Assembly (NCBI GenBank): GCA_963693365.1
Contig: CAVNZM010000002.1
Location: 992,001 to 1,056,000, forward strand
DNA length: 64,000 nt
From: Amoebidium appalachense
Lineage: Eukaryota; Protista; Ichthyosporea
Direction: 5' to 3'
Part shown: in pieces, positions 34,202 through 45,623 of the stretch
Numbering within the stretch: position 1 is the stretch's first letter
Layout of the letters: each line of letters starts with the position of its first letter
Made by a program: the position numbers and the translations under genes
The notes under the pieces: generated by a model
Database searches by the model: none
Told to the model about the DNA's origin: nothing
The model's input: the letters and a program-made list of their open reading frames with translations, nothing else

Positions 34202-34844
34202 AGAGCTGATAAAAAACCCTCAATATACAATCGAGCTCATTGGGCGGTACTTGCACAGAGCTCGTCTCGGTCTGATTAAATTGGTTGGCCTTGGGTATAG
34301 GGAGAAAGAGGCGGATGCAACAGAGGGCAAAAGCCAGTCAGCAGTTAGCATTAAAATTGGGGAATGTTGGGTTGTCTGCCATTGGCATGTAGACACACAT
34401 CATATGCTGAGACCAATGTGTTGGAAACCGTTCTCCCGTAATTCTGAATTAGTTTCCGTGTAACCAATCACTCCCCCCCCCCCCCCCCCCCCCTCTTCCC
34501 CCCCCCTCCCCCCACCCCCCCCCACTTGCAAAACCCACGAAAAATGAAAAGGTTCTTTAAGGGCCTGAATAAAGTTGGTGATGTCTAATGGATGTTTTCC
34601 TATCAAATCCCCCAAGAGAACATAATAAGCTCATCCATTACCCTCTAGACATGCACGCACACACACACGCTCACTCATGCAAACACACACACACACGCGC
34701 GCGCGCTCACTCATGCAAACACACACACACACACACACACTCACTCACTCACTCACACAGACTCGCACCTTCTCCACTACCCCCACGGCATCTCCAAAAG
34801 CGCATCCTTGCTCTCTCCCCCTCCCCCCCCCCCCCCCCCCCCCC

Positions 34845-35261
34845 TGTTGGAAGTAGAGTCCGCTGTGACTAGGGTCGTCGTGGCGCGCTTGGGCGCTGAC
34901 CCGTTTTTTACTGCTTTCAGTGTGTTAACTCCATGACTGAACTCCATGACTGAACTCCATGACTGAACTCCATGACTGAACTCCATTTCTGCACCTGGCA
35001 GAGCCGTGGCTTATATACCCGTGGGGCAGCAGTCTGGAATGTAATCCGGATGCCAGGCGCTAATCGGATTAGTTACTTTCATTTAGAGATCTCTGGGACC
35101 AGTGAACCAATCGTTTGCAGTCAAAACACAATTGGCAACATTCCTCAACTATGCAGATGTGCATGTGGTGATCGAGTGTCAGCGTGTGTCTGTGTACACG
35201 GAACCAATTGTAAAGCTAACATACACATATTGTGGAGTGAGCGTAAGTCTGCACTCCAACA
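34845..35261 (-). repeat. 3' LTR of the TRIM-like element
   Basis: 417 bp, TG...CA ends with a 7-bp terminal inverted repeat. TATATAA on the minus strand at 35017-35011. 13-bp tandem AACTCCATGACTG x4 plus a partial copy at 34927-34986. Confidence 0.9.
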
Positions 35262-35569
35262 CCCCTACCCAATTGGAGAAGTGTACACACCACTAGAGAA
35301 GAGAGAGTGAGTGTGGCTGCTTGCAGGGTAGACCGGGGTGTGCATTCCACTGTGGTGCGTGCCCCGCCAATGAAGTGGAATACTTGACGTTCACATTGAT
35401 GTCGCAGGCTGCTGCGGATGGAGTTTGTGGAAGCGAAAGTCTCTACTTCACGGAAATACGCTCGCGGGTGTAGGGTACAGCCTAGAAGTCGGTTTCTGGC
35501 TCCTCCGTTCAAGGCGTCGTAGGGGACGTGAAGTTAGAGGCCGCGGTGTCGTGTCTGGGCCCATAACCC

Positions 35570-35986
35570 TGTTGGAAGTAGAGTCCGCTGTGACTAGGGT
35601 CGTCGTGGCGCGCTTGGGCGCTGACCCGTTTTTTACTGCTTTCAGTGTGTTAACTCCATGACTGAACTCCATGACTGAACTCCATGACTGAACTCCATGA
35701 CTGAACTCCATTTCTGCACCTGGCAGAGCCGTGGCTTATATACCCGTGGGGCAGCAGTCTGGAATGTAATCCGGATGCCAGGCGCTAATCGGATTAGTTA
35801 CTTTCATTTAGAGATCTCTGGGACCAGTGAACCAATCGTTTGCAGTCAAAACACAATTGGCAACATTCCTCAACTATGCAGATGTGCATGTGGTGATCGA
35901 GTGTCAGCGTGTGTCTGTGTACACGGAACCAATTGTAAAGCTAACATACACATATTGTGGAGTGAGCGTAAGTCTGCACTCCAACA
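35570..35986 (-). repeat. 5' LTR of the TRIM-like element
   Basis: No differences from 34845-35261 on base-by-base reading; directly adjacent to the PBS. Confidence 0.9.
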
Positions 35987-36734
35987 CCCCCCCCCCCCGC
36001 GCACCCCCTCCCTCCCACCCTCCCCCCACCCCCTCCCAAAAACCCCAAGAAGAAAAAATAATAATAAGAAAAAATGAAAATAAAAGAATGATGTCTCCCT
36101 CACAAACCCCACCGACCTCGTCAACTCTCTGCCTATCTTTGGGTGTGGTTCTTGCCCTCCGTGTGCTTTGGCCACTTCTCCTAATGTGCACAGAAAACGT
36201 GTTTAGGATGGATGCACTACGCAGGCACTGTTACCATTTGGTGTGACGGCGTGTACGTTGGTAGGCTTGTACTTATGTAATACTCAAAAGCATTACGGAA
36301 CCAGCAACAGGAGAGTTCTTGTGTGTGTGTGTGTGTTTGGGGGGAGGGGGGGGGGGGGGGGGAGGGTCACTGTAGGCAACCTATATCTGAGATTGTGCCG
36401 GAACGGTCTAGGAAGAGAGAGAGAGGGAGGGAGGGAGGGATAGGAATGGGGTGAGGTAGAGGGGGTGGGAGGGGAAGGAGCAATATGACTCAAATATCAC
36501 GGGGAAACAAAAACACACCTGTTATACCTTAAAGGGCCCGGAACGGCTTTAGTTTTAGTTTTTATTGTTAAAGCTGGCTATTTTAATGTGCCAGATGAAC
36601 CACTGCCGAAACTAAAAACCACTTTTAACTCACACCGTTACAATAGATTACGAAAAGCCCAATTGCATGAACAGTCAAATTCATTTCCAAAAACCTGAAC
36701 GAAAGGGGCTCCACCCTCAGAGATAGTATATCCA

Positions 36735-38393
36735 CTATGCGTAGATAGAAACCAATGAGATAGGAATAAAAACAACACCCCATACAGCCAAAGCCAAAGC
36801 CAGATACCTTTTCGCTCTCCTCCAATTAGAAGCAGTTTCTGGTGCGTCATTACCAAACATGGTGAAATACAACATTCCAGGCAACACCATAGTGATCACA
36901 GATGATGCGGTTGCTCCAATAGTTGCATAGACCAGCCCCAAATCATTCACAAGCATAGCAAGCATATATGTCCCAAGAAGAACAAACGCGGTGACTGCCC
37001 AATATTTGAATTTTGCGTCTACGCTGCTATTGGCTGAAACGTGCATTCCTGCAAAGGCGTGTAAAATGGATTGCCTGCACGGTTGCACCAACAGTGGGTA
37101 AGACACCAGAACCACAAAAGTGACCATTAGACGAGCCACGGTGACCGATGCAGTAACGGGGTAGTTTAAAAGAATGTTGCTACTGACCCCATCGCCATAA
37201 GTGAAATACCCACATAGACCCACCAGCATGTAAATTACAAACACAACCACCAAGGCACCCCCCGTAGCCCTGTCGACCCTGTGAACACTGGGTTTTCTAA
37301 TTTCGTTGTAGAATTGAGCAACGTTTGTATGGCCACAGAATGCGTTGATAAAAACTGGAAGAGCACGCAACAGCCCAAAATCCGCATTGGCAGCAGTGAT
37401 ATTGCCCACACAGGTGTCGGGGTTTTTTCCGGAGCATGGGTCGAGAGAGGGTAAAGGCGCAGCGTAGAAAAGAATTATCAGCACAACAATGTAGAAAATG
37501 CTCACGATAGCTGCCGCAGATGTGAATCGTAGCTTGTTGAGTTCACGCAAGCACCCGAGGGGAGCACCCACAAACAAAAATCCAACCGTCACCCAAATTC
37601 TGCGATCCAACCACCATTCATTTTCAGACACGCCGAATCCCTTGATGCTCATTGGCAGAAGGTCACCCACGATAATCAGATATGCTGCGCACACGCCGTA
37701 GCACATGACGGCCAAAACAATATCCGTGACGATAGATAGACGTGGCATGACGTGAGAAACCAACGACCCGAGTGTGTTTTCTGTCCCTCCAACACGATGC
37801 AGACAGCACGTGTATAGATGCAGTCCAAGTTGAGACAACAATGCACTGACTGATAGCAACATAACAGAGACCACCCACCCGCACGCACCCACTGCCTGTG
37901 GTAGTGCGAGCACACCAGCACCTATCACCACGTTGATGGTGTTTATCATCGTGCCCATCACGGTAGCCGTGCGAAATGGAGAGTCGTCGAGTGTCATAGC
38001 AACCACATCTTCGTCCTTTTCAGGCCCCGTTACGTCTTGCACCGTTTGGCTGTCGTCTTGGTTGGGAACATCATCAGCATGAGCACCAAAAACGGATATC
38101 TTTTTCTCATAGAGAGAAATGTGCACGTCTTCTCCCTTTGAAAAACCTGACTCTATCGAATCTTTCATGCTGCTAATGGGTGTCTGTGCGGCAGCACGGT
38201 GTACATGTGGGGAAGGGGTGTGTGCGTGTGCGTGTGCGTGTGCTTGTCCATGTTCGTGGTGTGTGCTGTGGGCTCTTTTGTGTGTGGGGGTTTGATACTC
38301 GCCCCCTACACACGTTGGGCCTAATTCAATAGATGCTATGTCCATTCCTGTGTCTGCTCCAGGGCGTGGGGATGCGCCGTTGTGTGTTTTCAT
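36735..38393 (-). CDS. Amino-acid permease, AAAP/Aa_trans family, paralog of 28494-29912, single exon, ~552 aa with a long low-complexity N-terminus
   Basis: First ATG at 38393 (the ORF track starts at an upstream TTG). Motifs NVVIGAGVLALPQAVGACGW, LRELNKLRFTS, AFCGHTN and GYFTYGDGVSSNILLNYP are collinear with the other copy. Confidence 0.92.
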   Translation of the reverse strand: MKTHNGASPRPGADTGMDIASIELGPTCVGGEYQTPTHKRAHSTHHEHGQAHAHAHAHTPSPHVHRAAAQTPISSMKDSIESGFSKGEDVHISLYEKKISVFGAHADDVPNQDDSQTVQDVTGPEKDEDVVAMTLDDSPFRTATVMGTMINTINVVIGAGVLALPQAVGACGWVVSVMLLSVSALLSQLGLHLYTCCLHRVGGTENTLGSLVSHVMPRLSIVTDIVLAVMCYGVCAAYLIIVGDLLPMSIKGFGVSENEWWLDRRIWVTVGFLFVGAPLGCLRELNKLRFTSAAAIVSIFYIVVLIILFYAAPLPSLDPCSGKNPDTCVGNITAANADFGLLRALPVFINAFCGHTNVAQFYNEIRKPSVHRVDRATGGALVVVFVIYMLVGLCGYFTYGDGVSSNILLNYPVTASVTVARLMVTFVVLVSYPLLVQPCRQSILHAFAGMHVSANSSVDAKFKYWAVTAFVLLGTYMLAMLVNDLGLVYATIGATASSVITMVLPGMLYFTMFGNDAPETASNWRRAKRYLALALAVWGVVFIPISLVSIYA

Positions 38394-38473
38394 CGCTGCT
38401 TCGTCCAAACGAAACTGTACAGAAACAAAGTATCACTTCAGACTGATCGAGCCAGACTGACCCTCGCTGAGCC

Positions 38474-38596
38474 ATTTATATACCTTTGAAGATCCTGCAC
38501 CAGTAGATCTGGTGCGCTATCCGCCAATCATAAAATCAATATGACTAATTATGATTGGCTGAAGAAGCATTTTTTCGGTAGACGCACGCCGATTGG
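38474..38596 (-). promoter_or_regulatory. TATA plus CCAAT-box promoter of the second amino-acid permease
   Basis: TATATAAAT (minus strand) at 38482-38474, ~85 nt upstream of the ATG. CCAAT/ATTGG at 38524, 38554 and 38592. Confidence 0.5.
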
Positions 38597-39167
38597 TTCC
38601 AGGATCTTGCGCGAATATCGCTCCAGTTGTGCCGCACAGGCATCAACACAGCTTGGTGTGTGTCATGCCGCGACTCATGCGTCAGGCGCCTATGTAACAA
38701 AGTGTGCAAAAAGGTGTATACGACGCAAAAGTGGGGCATGATTCTGCGGCTATATTGGCGTACGTGGGTATGCCACTGTTTGCATTATGCGATTGTGGCT
38801 GGGCTGCAGCTGGGCACCAACATGGATGCCCACCACAAGCCGTCAAGCATGCACATGCCATGCCGGGACACTCCCTCGAGAATATTCAAATATCAAAGGC
38901 CCATTCCCCTCCCTACCCCCCCCCCCCCCCCTCCCCTCCCCTTCCCCCCCCCCCCCCCCCTCCCCCCCTCCCCCCCCTCCCTCCCCCCCCCCCCCCCCCC
39001 CCCCCGGCGCCCCACCCGCGGCCTCCCGCACCCCCCTCCTCCTCCCTCCCCCCTTCCCCTCCCCCCCCCCCCCCCCCCCCCCTCCTTTACTAACATCCCC
39101 CCCCCCTCTCCCCCCGCCCGCCCCACCTCCCTCCCTCCCCCCCATTAAGAATCCCCCCCCCCCCTCC

Positions 39168-39205
<38 letters not shown>

Positions 39206-39649
39206 TTTCCCCCCTCAAATAGGGTGGGAGAAGTAATTGAAATAAGAGCCGGTTCCGTTCGGAAAAGGCAAAATTTCTAGAAGTATGACCAGTTTCAGAA
39301 TTGTCCGGGTACAGGGAGCACTTGGCCTGGAGGGAGGGAGGCTCTGATGGGGGGGGGGGGGGGGGGAGGGGAGGGGGGGATAGTGTAAGCTATTATTTTA
39401 CTAGTATTGACCATCTCGGAAATTTGAAGAGGACCCCCTCCCATCCACCCCCCACCCCCCCACCCCCCCCCTTCCCCCTGATTATCCAAAAAAGAAGAAG
39501 GAAGGGGGGGGGGGGGAGGGGGAGGGGAAAGTGAGTGAGGAAGAGAGAGAAACAAATGGGAAAGCGTCCCAAGTATTTACCATTACAGGTTTGGCTCGGA
39601 CTGCTTTAAAAAAGCGCTCCGAGTGAGAGACCGTGAGAAGGCCTTTGAC

Positions 39650-39701
<52 letters not shown>

Positions 39702-39781
39702 AAAAGAAAACTTACCCGAGTAAGTTCAAGTGCTGCCACGGACGTCATTCTAGAGAACTTAAATACACTTCCCCTCCCCCC

Positions 39782-39816
<35 letters not shown>

Positions 39817-40264
39817 CCTCCCCCCCACCCACCCACCCACCACCACCACCACCACCACCACCACCTGCCCGTCTCCACCTCCACCTCCCCCCCCATCCCC
39901 CCTCAAACGATTTTTCTCTCACGTGCTCCCAAAAAAACATTAACTCCTTCCTTCCTAGTCCTCGAGTAATAGATACCCCCCCCTCCCCCCCCCTCCCCTC
40001 CCCCCTCCCCCTCTTCCCCCCCCCCCCCCCCCTCCCCCTCCCCCCCCCCTCCCACCACCTCCCGCCCCCCTCCCCTCCCCCCCTTTGACAGTGGCCTGGA
40101 TGCATACACGCACACACAAGGGGCACGAACACACACACATTTCTCTAGGAAAACCGTGAAAAAACTGCTCTAATGAGCCCCCTAAATGTAACAGGCACAA
40201 AACGGTATTAGTGGACCGTGTACCGAAAATTATCTACATGACAACCATTTCCCTTTATTTTCGC

Positions 40265-40377
40265 TTTCTCTCCAAGTCTCTTCCACATCTCTATCTCGGT
40301 ATCTAGCCGCTACACAAAACAGTCGGAAACCTCCCTTTTCTGCGCCAGTGTATGTGTGTGTGTGTGTGTTTGTGTTT

Positions 40378-40460
<83 letters not shown>

Positions 40461-40703
40461 CTTGTGTGTGTCTGTGCGTGTGTGTGTACCACCATGTGCA
40501 CGCGTTCGCGTACACACATGTGTTTGTCTTTCCCTCCATCTTCCTCTCTCTCTGTGTGTGTGTCTGTGTGCCGGGAACAATACACAGACACACACACAGA
40601 GAGAGAGGAAGATGGAGGGAAAGACAAACACATGTGTGTACGCGAACGCGTGCACATGGTGGTACACACACACGCACAGACACACACAAGCACGCGCGCG
40701 CAC

Positions 40704-40760
<57 letters not shown>

Positions 40761-40881
40761 ACAAACACACAAACACAAACACACACACACACATACACTG
40801 GCGCAGAAAAGGGAGGTTTCCGACTGTTTTGTGTAGTGGCCAGATACCGAGATAGAGATGTGGAAGAGACTTGGCGAGAAA
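40265..40881. repeat. Long near-perfect inverted repeat (~300-bp arms, 12-nt spacer)
   Basis: Arm 40265-40569 is the reverse complement of 40582-40881, including unique sequence (CCAAGTCTCTTCCACATCTCTATCTCGGTATCT...CTCCCTTTTCTGCGCCAGTG). A few substitutions and microsatellite length differences separate the arms. Confidence 0.92.
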
Positions 40882-40982
40882 AAGCAGTGTGTTATGCGTT
40901 ATCAGTGCCGGGTGGGTGTTGTGTCAGTGTGTGTGTATGTTTGCGTGGCTTGCGTGTGTGTGTGTGCGCGCGCGCGCGGCTT

Positions 40983-41024
<42 letters not shown>

Positions 41025-41062
41025 CGCGCACGCGCGTCAGTGTGTGTGTGTGTGTGTGCGTG

Positions 41063-41181
<119 letters not shown>

Positions 41182-41289
41182 CGTGTACATGCTGTGTGTG
41201 TGTGTGTGTGTGTGCACTGTGTGCGTGACATATGTGTGGGTGTTCACGGTATGTGTTCACTGTGTGTGTTTGTGTGAGTGTTTGTGTGT

Positions 41290-41348
<59 letters not shown>

Positions 41349-41603
41349 TGCGAGTGTGAGTGTGAATAAAGGGCTCGAGGATGGGGCACAACTTTCTATC
41401 GTCAGAAAAAGTTTATTTTCGACAAGAACCTAAAATTTACAATCCTGCCGGTGGAAACTAACCCATTGTCACAGACACGCATTCTGTTTCCACTGAGTCA
41501 GTACTAAGTATACAGTAGCAACTGCACCTCACAGAGGCATGCATCACTATCAAACATTTATCATCATGAACCAGATAGCCAAACAAAGACTACCTATTGC
41601 AAC

Positions 41604-43101
41604 TTAGAACATGGCCTGGATCTCAGCCAAAGACTTGCCCTTAGTCTCAGGCACGAAGAAGAAAATGAACACGGTGATGGCGACAGTCCAGGCGCAGAAG
41701 AAGAAGAAGGTGTACTCCTGGAGGGCGGCCTGCAGCGGGGGGAAGAACATACCAACGGCAAAAGTGAACAGCCAGTTGGTGAACACGGCAGCGCCGACAG
41801 CACCCGGGCGCACGGAGGCGGGGAAAATCTCAGCGGTGATCATCCATGGGATGGGGCCGGGACCCACAGCGAAGGACACAACACCGCACAGCATGAAGAC
41901 GATGGAGGCAGTCTGCCAGCCCAAGACCATGGCCAAGCCGAACAGGGCGTGGAACACAGCCATGCAGCCAAACCCACCAAGAGACAAACCGCGGCGACCC
42001 ACACGCTCAATCAGAGGGACAGCAGCAACAGTGGCCACAACGTTGATGACGTTGACGAGAATGGTTGCAAGCTCACCGTTGCTCATTCCTGCGGCAAGGA
42101 AAATCTGGCCCGAGTAGAACATGATAGCGTTGATGCCGGACATCTGCTGAGAAACCTGGAGACCGATGGCAATGATAGTCTGCTTGAGGTATGTGCGTGT
42201 GCACATGGATTTGAGGCCATCGATCATGCCCACCTCGCCCTCCTCCTTCTGCTTCTGGACGTCAGCCATGTATGCGTCCATCTCACCATCAACAGAGTAG
42301 TTTGCACCGCGCAGGCGGCGAAGGGCAGCCTCAGCACCCTCCATGTCTCCGGTTGCCACGAGGTAACGGGGGTGAATCCGGCATGAACCAGAAACCAGCA
42401 AGGTGCAGAACGGCGGGGACAATGCCAAAACCATACAGAATCCACCAGTTGCTGGTGTTACCACACACACTGGCCATGCCCAAAATAGCCGCAAGGAGGA
42501 TACCAATGGTGACGGCGAGTTGGTGGAAGACGCCAAAGGCACCGCGCACGTGGTCAGGGGAACACTCGGACACCCACATGGGCACAGCACTGCAAAGGAT
42601 ACCAGCGGCCAGACCACTGAACACACGCCCAGCCATCATCATGCCTGTGTCGGATGCAAGGCCCTGGAGAAGAGCAGCAGCGATGAAGAGGAAGTTGTTG
42701 ACCAGCTGTGTGCGTTTGGGACCGAAACGGGCAGTGATTGGGCCACCCAACAGGCCACCAATCACACCGCCCACCGCAAAGATGGAGACCACCCATGACC
42801 AGGTGGTGTTGTTTGCGCCAGAAACGTACAGCGTGGCGTCCGGTGTACCGGCGGGGACCACAGTGCCATTCACCATCCAGACACCAAGCCCAAGTACCTC
42901 TTGCACGGCAGGGGCAGAAAGGTTGACCAGCCCGATGCCCAGGCCAAAGTTGAGGGATTGAAGCACAGCAAGGGACACACCCATAACCAAGAGTGGCGTA
43001 ACTGGTGCCTTGCTAGGGACGTCGGAGGCGGCCCGGTCGACGCCGGTCTGCTTTTTGTCGGCGAACTCTACCGCGGACATGGTGTTGTTGTTGTCAGTCA
43101 T
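41604..43101 (-). CDS. MFS sugar-porter, GLUT/SLC2A class-I-like hexose transporter, intronless; one apparent +1 homopolymer frameshift at 42368-42372
   Basis: ORFs 42331-43101 and 41604-42626 join as MPDSPRYL if one base of the G5 run is removed. Motifs VPMWVSECSPDHVRG, QQMSGINAIMFYS, ERVGRR, GPGPIPW, VPETKGKSL. Confidence 0.92.
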
Positions 43102-43168
43102 CGTTTTGTGTGTATGTTTGGAATCTTCACTGTGTTAGTGGATGCTCAAGAGTGACCTGAGCGGTTTG

Positions 43169-43289
43169 TTTATAAAATCAGGAGAGGCTCAACAGCTGAC
43201 CAATAGGAAACGAATGTTCATTTACTTTCATCTGATTGGTTGTAATAGGAAGCATCTGATTGGTGCTTCCTCGGCTAACAAACGATTGG
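43169..43289 (-). promoter_or_regulatory. TATA plus four CCAAT boxes upstream of the sugar transporter
   Basis: TTTATAAA at 43169-43176; CCAAT at 43200; ATTGG at 43235, 43259 and 43285. Confidence 0.5.
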
Positions 43290-44733
43290 CGGTCAAGGGG
43301 GGATTTGGAATGTTCGAGAGAAAAGACCATGATGGGGACAAAGAGATCGTACTTTAAGGCCAGGTCTATAAAAGCCATTTAGGGAAAAAAAGAAAACGAA
43401 AAAAAAAGGATTTTTTTTTCCAAATATGAGGATGTTTTTTTGGAACAGAATCTACTCTCCAAAGATGTTGCCTTGAGTTTAGTTATTTTGATCCGGCAAG
43501 GCTTGCATACATGACTCACGAGCGATCTTGTGACGTGCACCAATCACAACAACGCACTGGAAAATTCTAAGAATCTTACCAAATCTGGTAGTTAGCCACA
43601 CACCATGTATGGGCAAAGGCTATATGCGAAAACCAATCATTTTCAACTTTGTTGAGCCATCCACATTCCAAAGAGACCTGCGCAGCACGACTTTGAGAGA
43701 TCATCAGTTCATCATACATGCAAGAAAAGGAACATCAAGGAAAGTAGACAAAACAATTTATTCAAATTCATTATAAATGTGGATATTATAAGCTGGTTTC
43801 TCTTGGCTCGGGTCAAATGATAACGTTTGCACACACACAAACACGCACGCACACACACACATGCATACATGTTGGCAAGGCTTAGCGTTGCATCGCGCAC
43901 ACCACGCGATACATCGCACACACGTGCGCATTCGTGTGCACCAACATCCCAGTCCCGTGCCTTCCCCCCCATCCCTCCCCCCCCCTCCCCCCCTCCCCCC
44001 CCTCCCCCCCCAATATTTGGTTCCACACGCATACACGCACACGCACGCACGCACACACAGACACAGACACAGACACACACACACAACGCACACAGACACA
44101 CAGACACACATGCACACACATGCGCACACGCAACTTCGCGGCATACACCGACATTTGGCGAAATGCCGCCGCCCCCTCCCCCCCCCCCCCCGGGCCCCGG
44201 TATGAGCTTTCCACACACACGCGCGCACGAACGCACACACACACACGCACACGCACACGCACACTCATGTGCACACACACGCAGGCAAAAAACACACACA
44301 CACCATTGTCACACACACACACACACGCATTCATTCAACAGTCATATTTGACAACTTACGGACCGGGTCACAGAGCGCAACCGCAGGGCAGCGCATACAG
44401 ACACACCATCGAAGATACAACTCCATTGTAGATCAAGAGGAGGGCTGTGGTTGACCTTTACATGCGTGAACACACATTTATTATTACAATTATTACCATA
44501 TCTGAGTGACATGATGCTGCCAGTCAGTGTGCACATATCCTGAGGGTGCCCCCCCCATCATTGACATGCCACATACATAGCTCCTTGCCTGCTGCACCTC
44601 ATGTTGGGCACACCACCCATTTTGAGTCAGATATCCACTACTCAGAGCCATACGGTGTCTGGGTATAAAGAAATAAACCCCACAAAATTCTGCGACATGC
44701 ATCTCACCGTAACAACCCCCCCCCCCCCCCCCC

Positions 44734-44767
<34 letters not shown>

Positions 44768-44873
44768 GTCCCTCCCTTCTCCTCCCCTTCCCTTCCCCTC
44801 GCCTCCAACCACCACCAGATCCCACGCTGCACCACCCAATCAGTTGTTTCCATTAAGTTTTGTGGTTGGGGTG

Positions 44874-45588
44874 CTACTGGATGGCCTCCTTTGCCAGCTC
44901 TGTGAGGTTGATGAATGTCATCTCTCTGCTACCATCAAGCACCATGATGGCATCGTTGCCGGCTATGGCCGTCACCTCCCCACTCTGCCCCCGGGGCTCA
45001 CCCTTCTGCCCCACACGGATACGACGGGCCTGCATGAACAAAATGTGTCAGCTTGTCCTCACACACAAAACATAGAAAATGAACGACTAGGGTATACAGA
45101 GTGTAGGTAGGAAAAGAAAACGTGTCAGTGTCAACTGCTGGTTCAAAGCGGTGAGAATGAAATGAAGGGCACCTAGGGATGGAATGCATAGGTTCGTCAT
45201 CCTTAGTTCAGTGCTACGCTTGAGCACCAGTCTAAACTCTAGCATACCGGCAAATGAACCAGATTCGTAGAAACACACCAAATAAGCCCAAATAATGGTC
45301 AACATTTCGGAAAAAACAATTTGTAACACAGATTACCCATACATGGAGTACCCTTCCAAAGGGCGCCGGTATGGAATAACATGTAAACAAGCACGGGATA
45401 CACAGATTCCCTAAGGGGTTCACATAAACCACGCTAAGCGCCTTTTGCATATGCAAGCATGCTATGTGCACGTACTCTGTCCTTCTTCTGTGGGGGCACT
45501 GGCTCCAGCTGGTCCTGTGTCAGGTTGACCGTCTCCTTGGTGTCTGCACACAACGTAATCCCGTCAGCACATCTACTGTTTTTCCCAG

Positions 45589-45623
<35 letters not shown>

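Larger units (their letters stand above)
34845..35986 (-). mobile_element. Non-autonomous miniature LTR retrotransposon (TRIM-like, copia-type priming), 1,142 bp
   Basis: Two identical 417-bp direct repeats, each bounded by TGTTGGA...TCCAACA; 308-bp non-coding interior. On the minus strand, PBS GGGTTATGGGCCCAG (35569-35555) follows the 5' LTR and purine-rich GGGTAGGGG (35270-35262) precedes the 3' LTR. Both flanks are CCCCC. Confidence 0.9.

Noticed and set aside
34845-35986. Simple tandem duplication or assembly stutter; small ORFs of 64-139 aa in the repeats
   Set aside because: TG...CA termini, terminal IRs, a tRNA-matching PBS and a PPT at exactly the expected junctions favour an LTR element. 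The ORFs show no gag, protease, RT or integrase motifs.
41604-43101. Calling the sugar porter (and MRPL21 and the RhoGEF) pseudogenes or two separate genes
   Set aside because: Each break is fixed by changing a homopolymer length, and all motifs and splice sites are intact.
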